A program made the position numbers and the translations under genes. Of a stretch of DNA of 64,000 nt, positions 20,316 through 30,226 are shown piece by piece; the stretch's first letter is position 1; each line of letters starts with the position of its first letter. The notes below the pieces were generated by a model. It saw nothing but the letters and a program-made list of their open reading frames with translations, was not told the DNA's origin and ran no database searches. Source of the DNA: Promethearchaeota archaeon (lineage in GTDB: Archaea > Asgardarchaeota > Lokiarchaeia > Sigyniarchaeales > SOKP01); the NCBI GenBank assembly GCA_019058365.1, contig JAHPZE010000001.1, positions 64,001 to 128,000 on the forward strand. The letters run 5' to 3'.

Positions 20316-22721
20316 TTATAAATTTTCTTTTTGATATTTGAATAATCCTCCTATCAATTGTCCTGTGCTTATCCCTGCGTCTCCCGGAGCAATTAAATTA
20401 TGCTCCAAAAACAAAAAACCCTCATTAATCACTTTTTCTTTAATACTTCTCGAAAAAGAATAATTATATGCAACCCCACCTGTCAATCCAATATAATTAA
20501 TTTGATTTTCTTTAGCAACTTCTAATGCAATTTCAGCAAATGCATTCCCTATTTCAATTTGAAATTTCGCAGCAATATCTGCTCGTGCATTTTTTGAATT
20601 CTCTAGTAAAGAAAGGATATTAAGTATTAGTTTTGAGGTGTTAATTATACGTATTCCATTTTTTCTGGAATACTTAATTTCTAAGTCTATATTATGAGGA
20701 TTACCTCTTGATGCTAAAGCTTCAAGTCTCATAGCGGGTTCTCCTCTGTATGTTTTAATATTTGCTGCTCCTAAAAGATAAGAAACGGCATCAAATATTC
20801 GACCAGTCGAACTAGATAAAGGTATATTCTCGGATAGAAATTTCTGATCTGCATTGCTGAATTGAGAAACCATAGACTTTAATTCATCATTTTTATATTC
20901 TAAATCATTTTCTAATCCAATTAATCTGAAGATTTTTAAAGATTCATCTACACCTAAAGTATTAAGAATAATAGAAGCTGCCATACGAGCAGGATATTTT
21001 GTACATCGATCTCCTCCAATCATTGGTTGATATTCTAAAAAACCAAGCCGCTTATAATCATTATAAGAGCTTAATAAAATTTCTCCGCCCCAAATATTAC
21101 CATCATCTCCATAACCAACACCATCAGTACTTATGCCAATAATTTTTTCATCCAGTTCGATTCTATTTTCTGCCATAAGACTTAAAACATGAGCAAAATG
21201 ATGCTGTACTGAATATAATGGAACATTAAACTGATTTGCTAATTCTTCTCCAAATTTTGTAGTTACAAAAGCTGGATGAGCATCGCAAGTAATAAATTTT
21301 AATTCAGAATCTTTAACTTGTAAAAGACTTTTAATATGAAAAAGAGCATCTTTAAGAAAATTGTAAGTTTCTAAATGAGTTGCATTTCCAATATGTTGAG
21401 TGGGAAATATTCGATTTTTCCTTAAAATTGCTCCTGTTACCGATAATTCAGGACCCGTAGCTAAAGCACTAGGTATTTCTACTTCAAATGGTAATGGTAA
21501 ATATTCTGGAACATAGCCTCTCGATCGTCTAATTAATTTTACTTTATTATTATGAATTCTTAAAACACTATCATCAGCTCTTTGGTAAATTGGTCTATTA
21601 TGAAGTAGAAATACTTCTGCTAAATCTTGAAGTTGGATGAAGATATCTTTATTTTCAATAGCCATAGGAATATAGGATTTATTCCCACTTGTATAGATTA
21701 AAGATTTTTCCCCAATATATTGAAAAAGTAAATAATGGATGCCTGAATAAGGGAGTAATATTCCCACATTGCTTAACCCTGGAGCTACTTGTTCACTAAT
21801 GATAGAATTATCAAAAGATTCCTTTTTTTCTAAAAGAACTATAGGTCTACGAAATGATGTTATTATCTCTTTTTCCTTAGTTGAGATTTTTAGATCATTT
21901 TTGAGAACATCTAAATTTGGAACCATTACAGCAAAAGGCTTATACTTTCTTTCTCCTTTTCTTTCACGGAGTTTTAGAATCGTTTCATCATTCGCTAAAC
22001 AAACTAAATGTGTACCTCCAATACCTTTCACAGCAACAATCTTTCCTTCATTAATTATCTTGGCTGTTTCTTGCAAAATAGAATCAATTGACTCATTATT
22101 AATTATTTTTCCCTGTTTATTATACAAGGTATAATGAGGACCACAAACAGAACAAGCAAAAGTTTGAGCATGAAATCTTCTATTAGTAAAATCCGAATAT
22201 TCTTGAATACAAGATTCAGGTTCAGCTTGCTGGCAGAAAGGAAATTTAATCATTGTACTCCTCTCCCTATCGTAAGGCAATTCGGTTACTGTAGTATATC
22301 TGGGACCACATACAGCACATGCGATAAAAGGATATTTATAATATTTTTTTTTTTGAGGATCATTCATATCTTTTAGACATTCATTACAGATTGCTATATC
22401 TGGTGGAAGAGTTAGGCTAACTCCACGTCCTTGTTCACTTTTCCTTATCTCTAGTTCATTAAATTCTTTTTGAAAATCCAAATAATTTATCTTAATATCC
22501 TCAATGAAAGAGATTTTTGGTTTCTTTATTTCAATATTTTTTAAAAATTTTTTAATATTTTGAAAATTACCTTGTAAAACCAATCTTACTCCTGCATTTC
22601 CCCTATTTAAAATATAACCTTTAAGATTTTGGGAATTTGCTAGATTATATAAAAAGGGCCTAAAACCTACTCCTTGAACAATCCCAGTTATCGTAATTTC
22701 TATTGTTTTATGCTCTTTCAA
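20316..22721 (-). CDS. hypF: Hydrogenase maturation carbamoyltransferase
   Basis: GIVQGVGFRPF, zinc fingers, RRFHAQ, RRSRGY, QHHFAH, DGVGYG, PGDAGIS. Confidence 0.96.
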   Translation of the reverse strand: MKEHKTIEITITGIVQGVGFRPFLYNLANSQNLKGYILNRGNAGVRLVLQGNFQNIKKFLKNIEIKKPKISFIEDIKINYLDFQKEFNELEIRKSEQGRGVSLTLPPDIAICNECLKDMNDPQKKKYYKYPFIACAVCGPRYTTVTELPYDRERSTMIKFPFCQQAEPESCIQEYSDFTNRRFHAQTFACSVCGPHYTLYNKQGKIINNESIDSILQETAKIINEGKIVAVKGIGGTHLVCLANDETILKLRERKGERKYKPFAVMVPNLDVLKNDLKISTKEKEIITSFRRPIVLLEKKESFDNSIISEQVAPGLSNVGILLPYSGIHYLLFQYIGEKSLIYTSGNKSYIPMAIENKDIFIQLQDLAEVFLLHNRPIYQRADDSVLRIHNNKVKLIRRSRGYVPEYLPLPFEVEIPSALATGPELSVTGAILRKNRIFPTQHIGNATHLETYNFLKDALFHIKSLLQVKDSELKFITCDAHPAFVTTKFGEELANQFNVPLYSVQHHFAHVLSLMAENRIELDEKIIGISTDGVGYGDDGNIWGGEILLSSYNDYKRLGFLEYQPMIGGDRCTKYPARMAASIILNTLGVDESLKIFRLIGLENDLEYKNDELKSMVSQFSNADQKFLSENIPLSSSTGRIFDAVSYLLGAANIKTYRGEPAMRLEALASRGNPHNIDLEIKYSRKNGIRIINTSKLILNILSLLENSKNARADIAAKFQIEIGNAFAEIALEVAKENQINYIGLTGGVAYNYSFSRSIKEKVINEGFLFLEHNLIAPGDAGISTGQLIGGLFKYQKENL

Positions 22722-22869
22722 TTGCTCAACTACAGGTTTTCAAAGTTAATCTAAAATCTAATTAAATAAATAATTACTATAAAAAAAACTAATATTTTAT
22801 TATGATAGTATTATTAAATTAAGCTTTTGTTATTGAACTAACTATTTAATTAAGTGAAAGTATAGTAAA

Positions 22870-23742
22870 ATGTCTCTAAAAGAAGAATTATGGGACATAC
22901 CTTATCATAAAGCATTTTTCAAGACAAGTCATAATTCATATGTACATTCTATAAGAGAACAACTAAATAAAGGAGTTAGGGGTCTTGAATACGATATACA
23001 TGACAATAAAATACAACAATTAGAAGATTTTGAAGTATATCATTTAGAAAACCACGTTGATTCACTTCTAAGCGAAAATGGCAACCCCAGTAATTTATTA
23101 CTTTCTAATTGGCTTAAAGTATTAGATGACTGGTCTAATGATCAAAATAAAGAACATGCGCCTATAACACTATTTATTGAGCTTAAAGATAACATTATTG
23201 ATTCGAATAATGAGCCCGAAGAACTTTATGGGATAAAGAAACTAAATCAAATTATAGTTAATTCATTTACCTCTGCCACCCTTTTCACGTTTAAAAATTT
23301 CCGAGAAAAAAGCTTTAAATGGCCAACAGTTAGAGAATTAAAAGGCTGTATTATTATTGTACTTGTAAGTTATTGGGGAGGATACTGGGCAGCTAATGAA
23401 GGTGGTTTCAATTCTAGGGTAAGATATATGAATAATTGCTTACAAGGTAAAGATGACATCTGTTTTGTTTCTTGGGTTCAAGAAGACCAAGGAGAAAAAT
23501 CATCTTATCTTAAAGAAAATAGTTATTTTTGGAAATGTAGCCTTGGATATAGCACCAAAAACTTTTCTCAAAATTCTGAATCCCAAAGAGTAACCCGAGC
23601 TGATTTTGATAAAATTGTATGGGGAATGCACGTTAAAACATATTATAACAAGAGTTATGAAAATGGATATCGTTGTAATTTTCCTGCTACAGATGTTTGG
23701 GGAACTGATAAATATAATAATTGTTTTCCATGGTCATTTTAA
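22870..23742 (+). CDS. PI-PLC-like phosphodiesterase (PLC X-domain/TIM barrel)
   Basis: SHNSY, QLNKGVRGLEYDIH, HAPITLFIELKD, WPTVRELKG. Confidence 0.75.
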   Translation: MSLKEELWDIPYHKAFFKTSHNSYVHSIREQLNKGVRGLEYDIHDNKIQQLEDFEVYHLENHVDSLLSENGNPSNLLLSNWLKVLDDWSNDQNKEHAPITLFIELKDNIIDSNNEPEELYGIKKLNQIIVNSFTSATLFTFKNFREKSFKWPTVRELKGCIIIVLVSYWGGYWAANEGGFNSRVRYMNNCLQGKDDICFVSWVQEDQGEKSSYLKENSYFWKCSLGYSTKNFSQNSESQRVTRADFDKIVWGMHVKTYYNKSYENGYRCNFPATDVWGTDKYNNCFPWSF

Positions 23743-24851
23743 GAGTTTTGTTCACTATAATATTTATAATAAATACTACATGTACCTTCCATTGAAACCA
23801 TACATGGACCTACTGGATTAATCGGAGTACATTCTCTTCTAAATAATTTGCATTCATAAGGGTATAATTTTCCAACCATAACAAGATGGCAAGAACATCC
23901 AGAAGGGATATCTTGAGATTTTTCGATTTTTATGTCAAATTTTTTATCAGCATCATACTCACTATATTTCTCTCTAATGACCAATCCTCCTTCATTTATT
24001 CTTCCAATACCTCTCCATGGAGAGGAAACAGGCTCAAAAACATCTTCTATTATCTTCTGAGCGATAATATTTCCTTCAGGCTTTACAAATCTAGAATATT
24101 CATTTAGTGATTCATACTTTTTATCTCTCATTTGCTTCAAAAGCATTAAAATCGAGATTAACACATCATTTGGTTCAAATCCAGATATTACATTAGGGAT
24201 TTTATATCCTTGGGAAAATATTTCATATGGTTTTAACCCTATTATGGTTGACACATGCCCAGGTGAAATAAAACCATCGATTTTTAATTGAGATTGGCTT
24301 ATTAAAAGTTCTAAAGCAGCGGGTATCAACTTATGAGCACAAATCACTGAAAAATTTGAAGGGGGCTCAGATTGTATTTCATATCCAATTAATGGAACTG
24401 TAGTTTCAAATCCTATTGCAAAAAATATTACTTCTTTATCTGGATTTTCTTTAGCTATTTTAACGGCATCATTCGGGCCATATATAATACGAATATCAGC
24501 GCCTTTGGCTTTAAGTTCAGCAAGAGAGATATTTGAAGCAGGAACTCTGATCATATCTCCAAAAGTTGTTATTATCGTGTCATCTCGCTTTCCAAGCTCA
24601 ATTGCTTTATCAATATCAGCAGCAGGGCATACACATACTGGGCATCCTGGACCCGATAATACTTCAATTTCTTTAGGTAAGAGAGTTCTTAATCCATATT
24701 TAGAAATAGTATGTTCATGAGTCCCACAAACATGCATAAATTTAACTGGTTTATCTATTTCTTTAGTAATTTCATTTATTTTCTCAATAATTTTATCTGT
24801 AAATTCTTTACTTCTTAAAACATCTAAGCCAGGAATATTCATTTTTATCAC
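23739..24851 (-). CDS. hypD: Hydrogenase maturation protein HypD
   Basis: HVCGTH, GPGCPVC, GFETT, PGHVS, GPCMVSMEGTC. Confidence 0.97.
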   Translation of the reverse strand: MIKMNIPGLDVLRSKEFTDKIIEKINEITKEIDKPVKFMHVCGTHEHTISKYGLRTLLPKEIEVLSGPGCPVCVCPAADIDKAIELGKRDDTIITTFGDMIRVPASNISLAELKAKGADIRIIYGPNDAVKIAKENPDKEVIFFAIGFETTVPLIGYEIQSEPPSNFSVICAHKLIPAALELLISQSQLKIDGFISPGHVSTIIGLKPYEIFSQGYKIPNVISGFEPNDVLISILMLLKQMRDKKYESLNEYSRFVKPEGNIIAQKIIEDVFEPVSSPWRGIGRINEGGLVIREKYSEYDADKKFDIKIEKSQDIPSGCSCHLVMVGKLYPYECKLFRRECTPINPVGPCMVSMEGTCSIYYKYYSEQNS

Positions 24852-24854
24852 CTA

Positions 24855-25907
24855 TTAGCAAATCCGAGGTATTGGTTCTCCCAACGGCATATCTACAAAT
24901 CGGGTCCCACCAACAATTGTTTTTAAAAATACTCTTTTAGGATTTTCTGCTTTTACTTTACCAATAATTTCAGCATCTTTCCCAATTTGAGTTGATTTTA
25001 TTTTCTTTAAGACATCTTGAGAGTATTTTGGATCAACTGCTAAGAGAGCTCTTCCTTCACATGCTATATTATAAGGATCTAATCCTAACATTTCACATAT
25101 AGCAATAACTTGATTCTTAATTCGAACCTTTTCCTCATCAATCCAAATGCTAACGTTAGATTTTGCCGCCCAATCATTTAAAGCAGCAGCAATACCACCA
25201 CGAGTAGGATCCTTCATTGCATGAATATAATTATTAATAATCTCAAACTTAATTTTATCATAAATTTCAAGTAATAATGAAATGTCTGATTTTAAATCAG
25301 TAGATATATTTAAACCTTCTCTAGAAGCCATTAATGCTGTCCCATGATCTCCAATACTTCCAGTTAGGATAATATTATCTTCAGCCTTAATGTTGTTATC
25401 TAAAATTTTTATGTTTTTATCTTTGATCCCAATACCGGTTGTGGCAATTATTATTTCATTCAATGTTCCCCTCGGCATAACTTTAGTATCTCCAGCAATT
25501 ATGGCGATTCTCGCCTTAGCAGCCATAAAATTCATTGAATTAACAATTTTTTCTAGTTTGTTGAATTCAAAGCCTTCTTCAATGATTATTACAGAAGTTA
25601 AAGCTAAGGGCTCAGCACCCATCATTATAAGATCATTAACCGTTCCGCAGACACTAAGAGTTCCTAAATCTCCCCCTGGAAAAAATAATGGATAAATTGT
25701 ATGACCATCTGCAGTAACAACAATTTCTTTTTCATAATTAATTAAAGGAATTGTAGCTCCATCATCTAATTCTTCGATACCAATCCCGTTATTAACGTTT
25801 TTATATGGTATATTTTTAGTTATAAATTCTATTAATTCTTCTTGCAGAACGCCACCCGCTCCATGAGCTAAACGGATTATATTTGAGCTCTCTTTTTTTT
25901 TACTCAT
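24855..25907 (-). CDS. hypE: Hydrogenase maturation protein HypE
   Basis: AHGAGG, FPGGDLG, GDTKV, DPTRGG, C-terminal PRIC. Confidence 0.97.
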   Translation of the reverse strand: MSKKKESSNIIRLAHGAGGVLQEELIEFITKNIPYKNVNNGIGIEELDDGATIPLINYEKEIVVTADGHTIYPLFFPGGDLGTLSVCGTVNDLIMMGAEPLALTSVIIIEEGFEFNKLEKIVNSMNFMAAKARIAIIAGDTKVMPRGTLNEIIIATTGIGIKDKNIKILDNNIKAEDNIILTGSIGDHGTALMASREGLNISTDLKSDISLLLEIYDKIKFEIINNYIHAMKDPTRGGIAAALNDWAAKSNVSIWIDEEKVRIKNQVIAICEMLGLDPYNIACEGRALLAVDPKYSQDVLKKIKSTQIGKDAEIIGKVKAENPKRVFLKTIVGGTRFVDMPLGEPIPRIC

Positions 25908-25975
25908 AATAGAATGAATGAATTGAAAATTAAAAGAATTTATGTTATATCCTGAGTGATTGTTAAAAAGAGGTA

Positions 25976-26791
25976 CTAAATTAATTTAAGTATGGATTCC
26001 ATTGAATTTTTAGCTACTTTATACGGATCTTCGCCCCAAATTTGTTCATTGAATAGTTCTAAAGAAAGCCACTTATCATAACCAATATCCTTTAATTTTT
26101 TGACAAACATTTCAAGGTTAAAAAAACCCAGACAAGGTAAAACTCTATGTGAATCTTGTAATTCTTTATAAGGCTTCTCAATGGCATCATTAATATGGAT
26201 TAACCATAATTTTTTTAGCTCAATTGATGCTAATTCTTCTATAGGATGTTCACCAACGAAATAATGAAATGTATCAATAACCAATCCCATATCTGGTAAC
26301 TCTTCATGCTCGATGATTTTCAATGCCATCTCAACTTTTCTTACAGAACAATTCGGAAAGCCAAGAGGCTCAAAACCGAGTTTAAAATCATATTTTTCTG
26401 CTAATTTAGCAATAATTTTCAGTCTGTCTACAGTTTTAGAAATAACTTTTACAGGTTCCAGATAAGAGTCTTCAAGAAAGCTTGGAACAGCAATAATCAT
26501 ATCACAGTTGACTTTATTTCCGATATTCATTAATCTCTCAGTATATTCTAAGATTCTTTTAAATTTATTTTCTGGACACAGAGAAAATAATTCAATAGCA
26601 TTAATACTTATGCATTCAAGACCGTTATTCTCCAATAAATCTTTTAAATCCTGAACTCTATATTCCTTAAGATATTCAAAGGTCTCGTCTCGTCTCAATT
26701 CAACACCTTGAAAACCTGCTTTAGCTATCGCATCCAAGAAAATTTTCATTGGAGTTTTCATTAATGTTGCTTGATTTACGGCTAATTTCAT
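25976..26791 (-). CDS. Sugar phosphate isomerase/epimerase (IolI/AP-endonuclease-2 TIM barrel)
   Basis: GFQGVELR, FEPLGF, LVIDTFHY, HIND, RVLPCLG, SLELF. Confidence 0.88.
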   Translation of the reverse strand: MKLAVNQATLMKTPMKIFLDAIAKAGFQGVELRRDETFEYLKEYRVQDLKDLLENNGLECISINAIELFSLCPENKFKRILEYTERLMNIGNKVNCDMIIAVPSFLEDSYLEPVKVISKTVDRLKIIAKLAEKYDFKLGFEPLGFPNCSVRKVEMALKIIEHEELPDMGLVIDTFHYFVGEHPIEELASIELKKLWLIHINDAIEKPYKELQDSHRVLPCLGFFNLEMFVKKLKDIGYDKWLSLELFNEQIWGEDPYKVAKNSMESILKLI

Positions 26792-26869
26792 ATAAGAACC
26801 TAAGTTTTCTTCTTTTATTCAATTATGGAGTGATTTATTTATTTTATTATTTGTTTTTTTAATTTCCCT

Positions 26870-26975
26870 TTAAAATAAAACTCTATCCGTTCCATTAGAT
26901 AAGCGGGTTATATTTGAGCTCACTTTTTTTAGACTCATAATTGCCAAATTGAAACAAATGTTATAAGAATTTAGA
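26870..26975 (-). repeat. Degenerate duplicate of the hypE 5' end and upstream region (copy of about 25845-25945)
   Basis: TCCATTAGATAAGCGGGTTATATTTGAGCTCACTTTTTTTAGACTCATAAT versus TCCATGAGCTAAACGGATTATATTTGAGCTCTCTTTTTTTTTACTCATAAT; encodes MSLKKVSSNITRLSNGTDRVLF* versus MSKKKESSNIIRLAHGAGGVL. Confidence 0.8.
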
Positions 26976-27412
26976 TTATCAAAGAATTAATTGAAATTTA
27001 GTTATTTAATAACTAGGATTTAAATTTATTTTCGCTTTGCATAAAAATGATGGATCTCGATATTCTGTAGATAAAATATGCCTTAATTATGAAAAATCTT
27101 ATAATTTATATAATGAATTATTATTCATATAATTTCCTTTAGCAAATTTTTTTTCTGCTTTGAACAACAACAATTTAAAAAAGTTTCATTTCATATTCTG
27201 AAATTTAAAATAAATTACTTGAATGTCAGCTTCCAAAACTAATGAGAAATTAATTTTGAATATTTATTCATATATTTAAAATAATTTAATCTAAATACTA
27301 AAATAATCAGAAATTTTTAATAAAGTTATGAATAAGATAGCTCAACTAATTTTATTTAATAAAAATTAGCTAATTTAAACAAACAAAATATACAATAAAA
27401 AATTGATAAAAA

Positions 27413-28729
27413 ATGGCTGTAAAAGTTGCTTTTTGGCAAAATTCTGACTGCTGGGGCTGTCATCAATCCCTTATAGACCTACATTTACAATTGTTGCCAG
27501 TTTTACCAGCGTTAGAAATTGTTTATTGGCCAGCAGTAGTTGATTTCAAATATGAAACATTAAAAGCTAGAGAACCTGGAGAAATTGTTGTAGGCTTCAT
27601 TGAAGGAAGTCTTAGAACAAAACAGGACCTTGAAGGTACAAAATTAATGCGTGAAAAATGTGCTATTATTGTTGCATTTGGTAGTTGTTCATGCTACGGT
27701 AACGTACATGGATTAGCTAATCAATGGAATATTCAAGAATGCATTGACAGAAAATTCTCACAAGTAGAGAGTATTGCAGATGAGAGTGGTGGCGAACCTA
27801 CTCAGCATGTTCCTGGTTTTGAATCAAAAATTGTCCCTGTTGATAGGGTAATTAAAGTGGATGCGTATATAGCAGGTTGTCCACCAAAATCAGAACAAAT
27901 ATTTGCAGCAATTGGATTTTTACTGGGTCAAAAGCCATTCCCAATGCATGATTTGGCATTTTGTAATGATTGTGCGTTAAATCAATCTGGATGTCTATTA
28001 GATGCTGGAAAATTGTGTTTTGGACCAATTACCAGTATGGGATGTTCATTAAAATGTCCAAATGCTGGAAATCCTTGTTTAGGATGTATGGGACCAGCAA
28101 AAACAGTTGCTCATAGAGCTGAGAAATTAAATAGTATGACGCAAGATCTAAGCGGAATCAGTTCAGGAGATAAAAAGAGTTTATTTGAATTCTTGGCTTT
28201 ATTCTTAAATGTCCCTTTAATGGCTGGGTTTGATCTATCGGGGGACATTCTGAAACAAGTGAAGAAGAGAGGCGCTCCAGAAACTCCCTTAGCAAATCTT
28301 CCTCCTTCAACAGAAGAAATTGCTACAAACTTAATGATCTTTTTAAAGAATAACCCTGATTTCACCGAGATCTCAAATGTCTGTGATACGTGTCCGAGGA
28401 TTATCGGTAGTAAATCTACGATGACAAAAGTTAAACGCGATTATGAAGGGCTCCCAAATATGGAAGATTGTTTACTTGAACAGGGATATATTTGTATGGG
28501 GCCAGTAACTAGAGCTGGTTGCGGTGCTTTATGCATTAAGGTTAATGCTCCATGTACTGGCTGTTATGGTCAGACAGTATGGAATGTTGATCAAGCAGAA
28601 AGGTTTGCTGATACAGTACTGAAGGGATTTAATATAAGTCTTTCCAAAGAGGATTTACTTGCTCAGGTGAAAGATCCTATTGGTACTTTTGAGAAATTTA
28701 CATTAAGCGCAAGAAAAGGAGGTGCGTAA
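27413..28729 (+). CDS. vhuG: Group 3 (F420-non-reducing type) [NiFe] hydrogenase small subunit with a duplicated C-terminal FeS module
   Basis: CWGC, FIEGS, AFGSC, GCPP; two CLL-G--C-GP-T--GC---C-----PC-GC-G modules. Confidence 0.88.
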   Translation: MAVKVAFWQNSDCWGCHQSLIDLHLQLLPVLPALEIVYWPAVVDFKYETLKAREPGEIVVGFIEGSLRTKQDLEGTKLMREKCAIIVAFGSCSCYGNVHGLANQWNIQECIDRKFSQVESIADESGGEPTQHVPGFESKIVPVDRVIKVDAYIAGCPPKSEQIFAAIGFLLGQKPFPMHDLAFCNDCALNQSGCLLDAGKLCFGPITSMGCSLKCPNAGNPCLGCMGPAKTVAHRAEKLNSMTQDLSGISSGDKKSLFEFLALFLNVPLMAGFDLSGDILKQVKKRGAPETPLANLPPSTEEIATNLMIFLKNNPDFTEISNVCDTCPRIIGSKSTMTKVKRDYEGLPNMEDCLLEQGYICMGPVTRAGCGALCIKVNAPCTGCYGQTVWNVDQAERFADTVLKGFNISLSKEDLLAQVKDPIGTFEKFTLSARKGGA

Positions 28730-28732
28730 TAA

Positions 28733-30040
28733 ATGGTAAAAGAAATAGAAGTAGAACCTGTCACTAGATTAGAGGGGCATGGTGGGATGAGGGTAGTTCT
28801 TAATGATGATGGAACGGTAAATGATGTTCAATTTAATATCCAATCAACGAGATTTTTTGAAAAATTTGTTGAAGGACGTTATTGTGAACATATTCCAAGA
28901 ATCACTCCAAGAATCTGCGGAATTTGTCCAATACCTCATCATTTAACTCCTACTAAGGCAGTAGAAGATGCTTGGGGCGTTCAGATTCCTCCAGCAGCAT
29001 ACAAATTGCGTCAATTATTACAAAACGCAAAGCAATATTCATCACATGCTATTCATTTCTTTGCATTAGCTGCTCCTGATTTCTTAGTCGGCCCTTTTGG
29101 GAATCCTGCCGAAAGAAATGTGGTTCATGTAATTAATAAAATGCCTGATGTTGGAAAAATGGCGTTAAAAATGATGGATTTCGGTCAAAAACTATGTGCC
29201 GCTGTAGGTGGTAAAGCTGTCCATCCAATCTCAGCGATAGTTGGAGGTATGAAAAAACCATTAGATGAAGATGTAAGGGATAAATTTCTCAAGGTTGTTG
29301 ATGAACAAATAGAATTTACTAAGAAAACGGTTGATATAGCATTAAAAGTAGTCGAAGATTATTGGAATGTGATAGCAAATGTCGCAGTTGTACCTACTTA
29401 CTATTTAGGGATGACTAAAAACGGAGTTCATGATATTTATGACGGAGATATTCGGATTGTTTCTCCAACTGGAGAAAAAACGGATTATAAACCTCAGAAC
29501 TATTTGGATGCGTTAGGAGAACATATTCCAGAACACTCATACGCGACACATATGTACTATAAGCCAGCAGGTTATCCTGAAGGTATTTATCGAGCAAATA
29601 CCTTAGCAATGATTAATTGTGCTGACAAAATGGCCACACCATTAGCAGATGGAGCTTTAAAGGCAATGAGAGAAAAAATAGGGACTAATGTAATACACCA
29701 TACTTTCGCATATCATTGGGCTAGAATCATCGAATTGGTTGAATCTATTGAGATGGTTGCTACTTTACTTAAGGATCCTGATGTGGTTAATCCTGATTGT
29801 AAAACATTAGATGTACAACCAAGAGAAGGAAATGGAGTCGGTGTGACTGAAGCACCTAGAGGATTGCTTTTATATAATATCTGGTCGGATGCTGAGGGTA
29901 TATGTAAGAAATGTAACCTATTAGTTGCCACTAACCATAATATCGCGGGGATCGAAAAGACACTTATGCATGCTGCTAAGCAAATATTTGAAGACAAGGC
30001 GTTAGAAGGATTGAAATTACCAGATCCATGGATAAGATAA
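28733..30040 (+). CDS. vhuA: [NiFe(Se)] hydrogenase large subunit lacking the C-terminal L2 motif (split type)
   Basis: TRLEGHG, L1 RICGICPIPH, EAPRG, LVAT; ends without DPCxxC. Confidence 0.93.
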   Translation: MVKEIEVEPVTRLEGHGGMRVVLNDDGTVNDVQFNIQSTRFFEKFVEGRYCEHIPRITPRICGICPIPHHLTPTKAVEDAWGVQIPPAAYKLRQLLQNAKQYSSHAIHFFALAAPDFLVGPFGNPAERNVVHVINKMPDVGKMALKMMDFGQKLCAAVGGKAVHPISAIVGGMKKPLDEDVRDKFLKVVDEQIEFTKKTVDIALKVVEDYWNVIANVAVVPTYYLGMTKNGVHDIYDGDIRIVSPTGEKTDYKPQNYLDALGEHIPEHSYATHMYYKPAGYPEGIYRANTLAMINCADKMATPLADGALKAMREKIGTNVIHHTFAYHWARIIELVESIEMVATLLKDPDVVNPDCKTLDVQPREGNGVGVTEAPRGLLLYNIWSDAEGICKKCNLLVATNHNIAGIEKTLMHAAKQIFEDKALEGLKLPDPWIR

Positions 30041-30076
30041 ACTAAATCAAAATTAATATAGAGTGTGAACAAAAAA

Positions 30077-30226
30077 ATGAGTGATATACCAGAAGGAGTA
30101 GTAAATGTTCTAGAGATGGTAGTCCGCTGTTTTGATTGTTGACTATCGTGTGCCGCTCACATCACTGTGGTTGATGAGAGAGGTAAAGAAATTTACTCTC
30201 GTGAGCTAAATGTTGGTTTAGGATGA
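30077..30226 (+). CDS. vhuU: VhuU selenoprotein: MSDIPEGVVNVLEMVVRCFDC-U-LSCAAHITVVDERGKEIYSRELNVGLG (Sec UGA at 30140-30142)
   Basis: Supplies the missing L2 motif (R-x-F-D-x-U-x-S-C-A-A-H) with TGA at the Ni-ligand position; frame continues with a typical cleavable C-terminal tail. Confidence 0.92.

Noticed and set aside
26980-27412. Hidden UGA-containing vhuD upstream of vhuG, or downstream of hdrA (4780-5268)
   Set aside because: Both regions are very AT-rich with no recognisable MvhD motifs.
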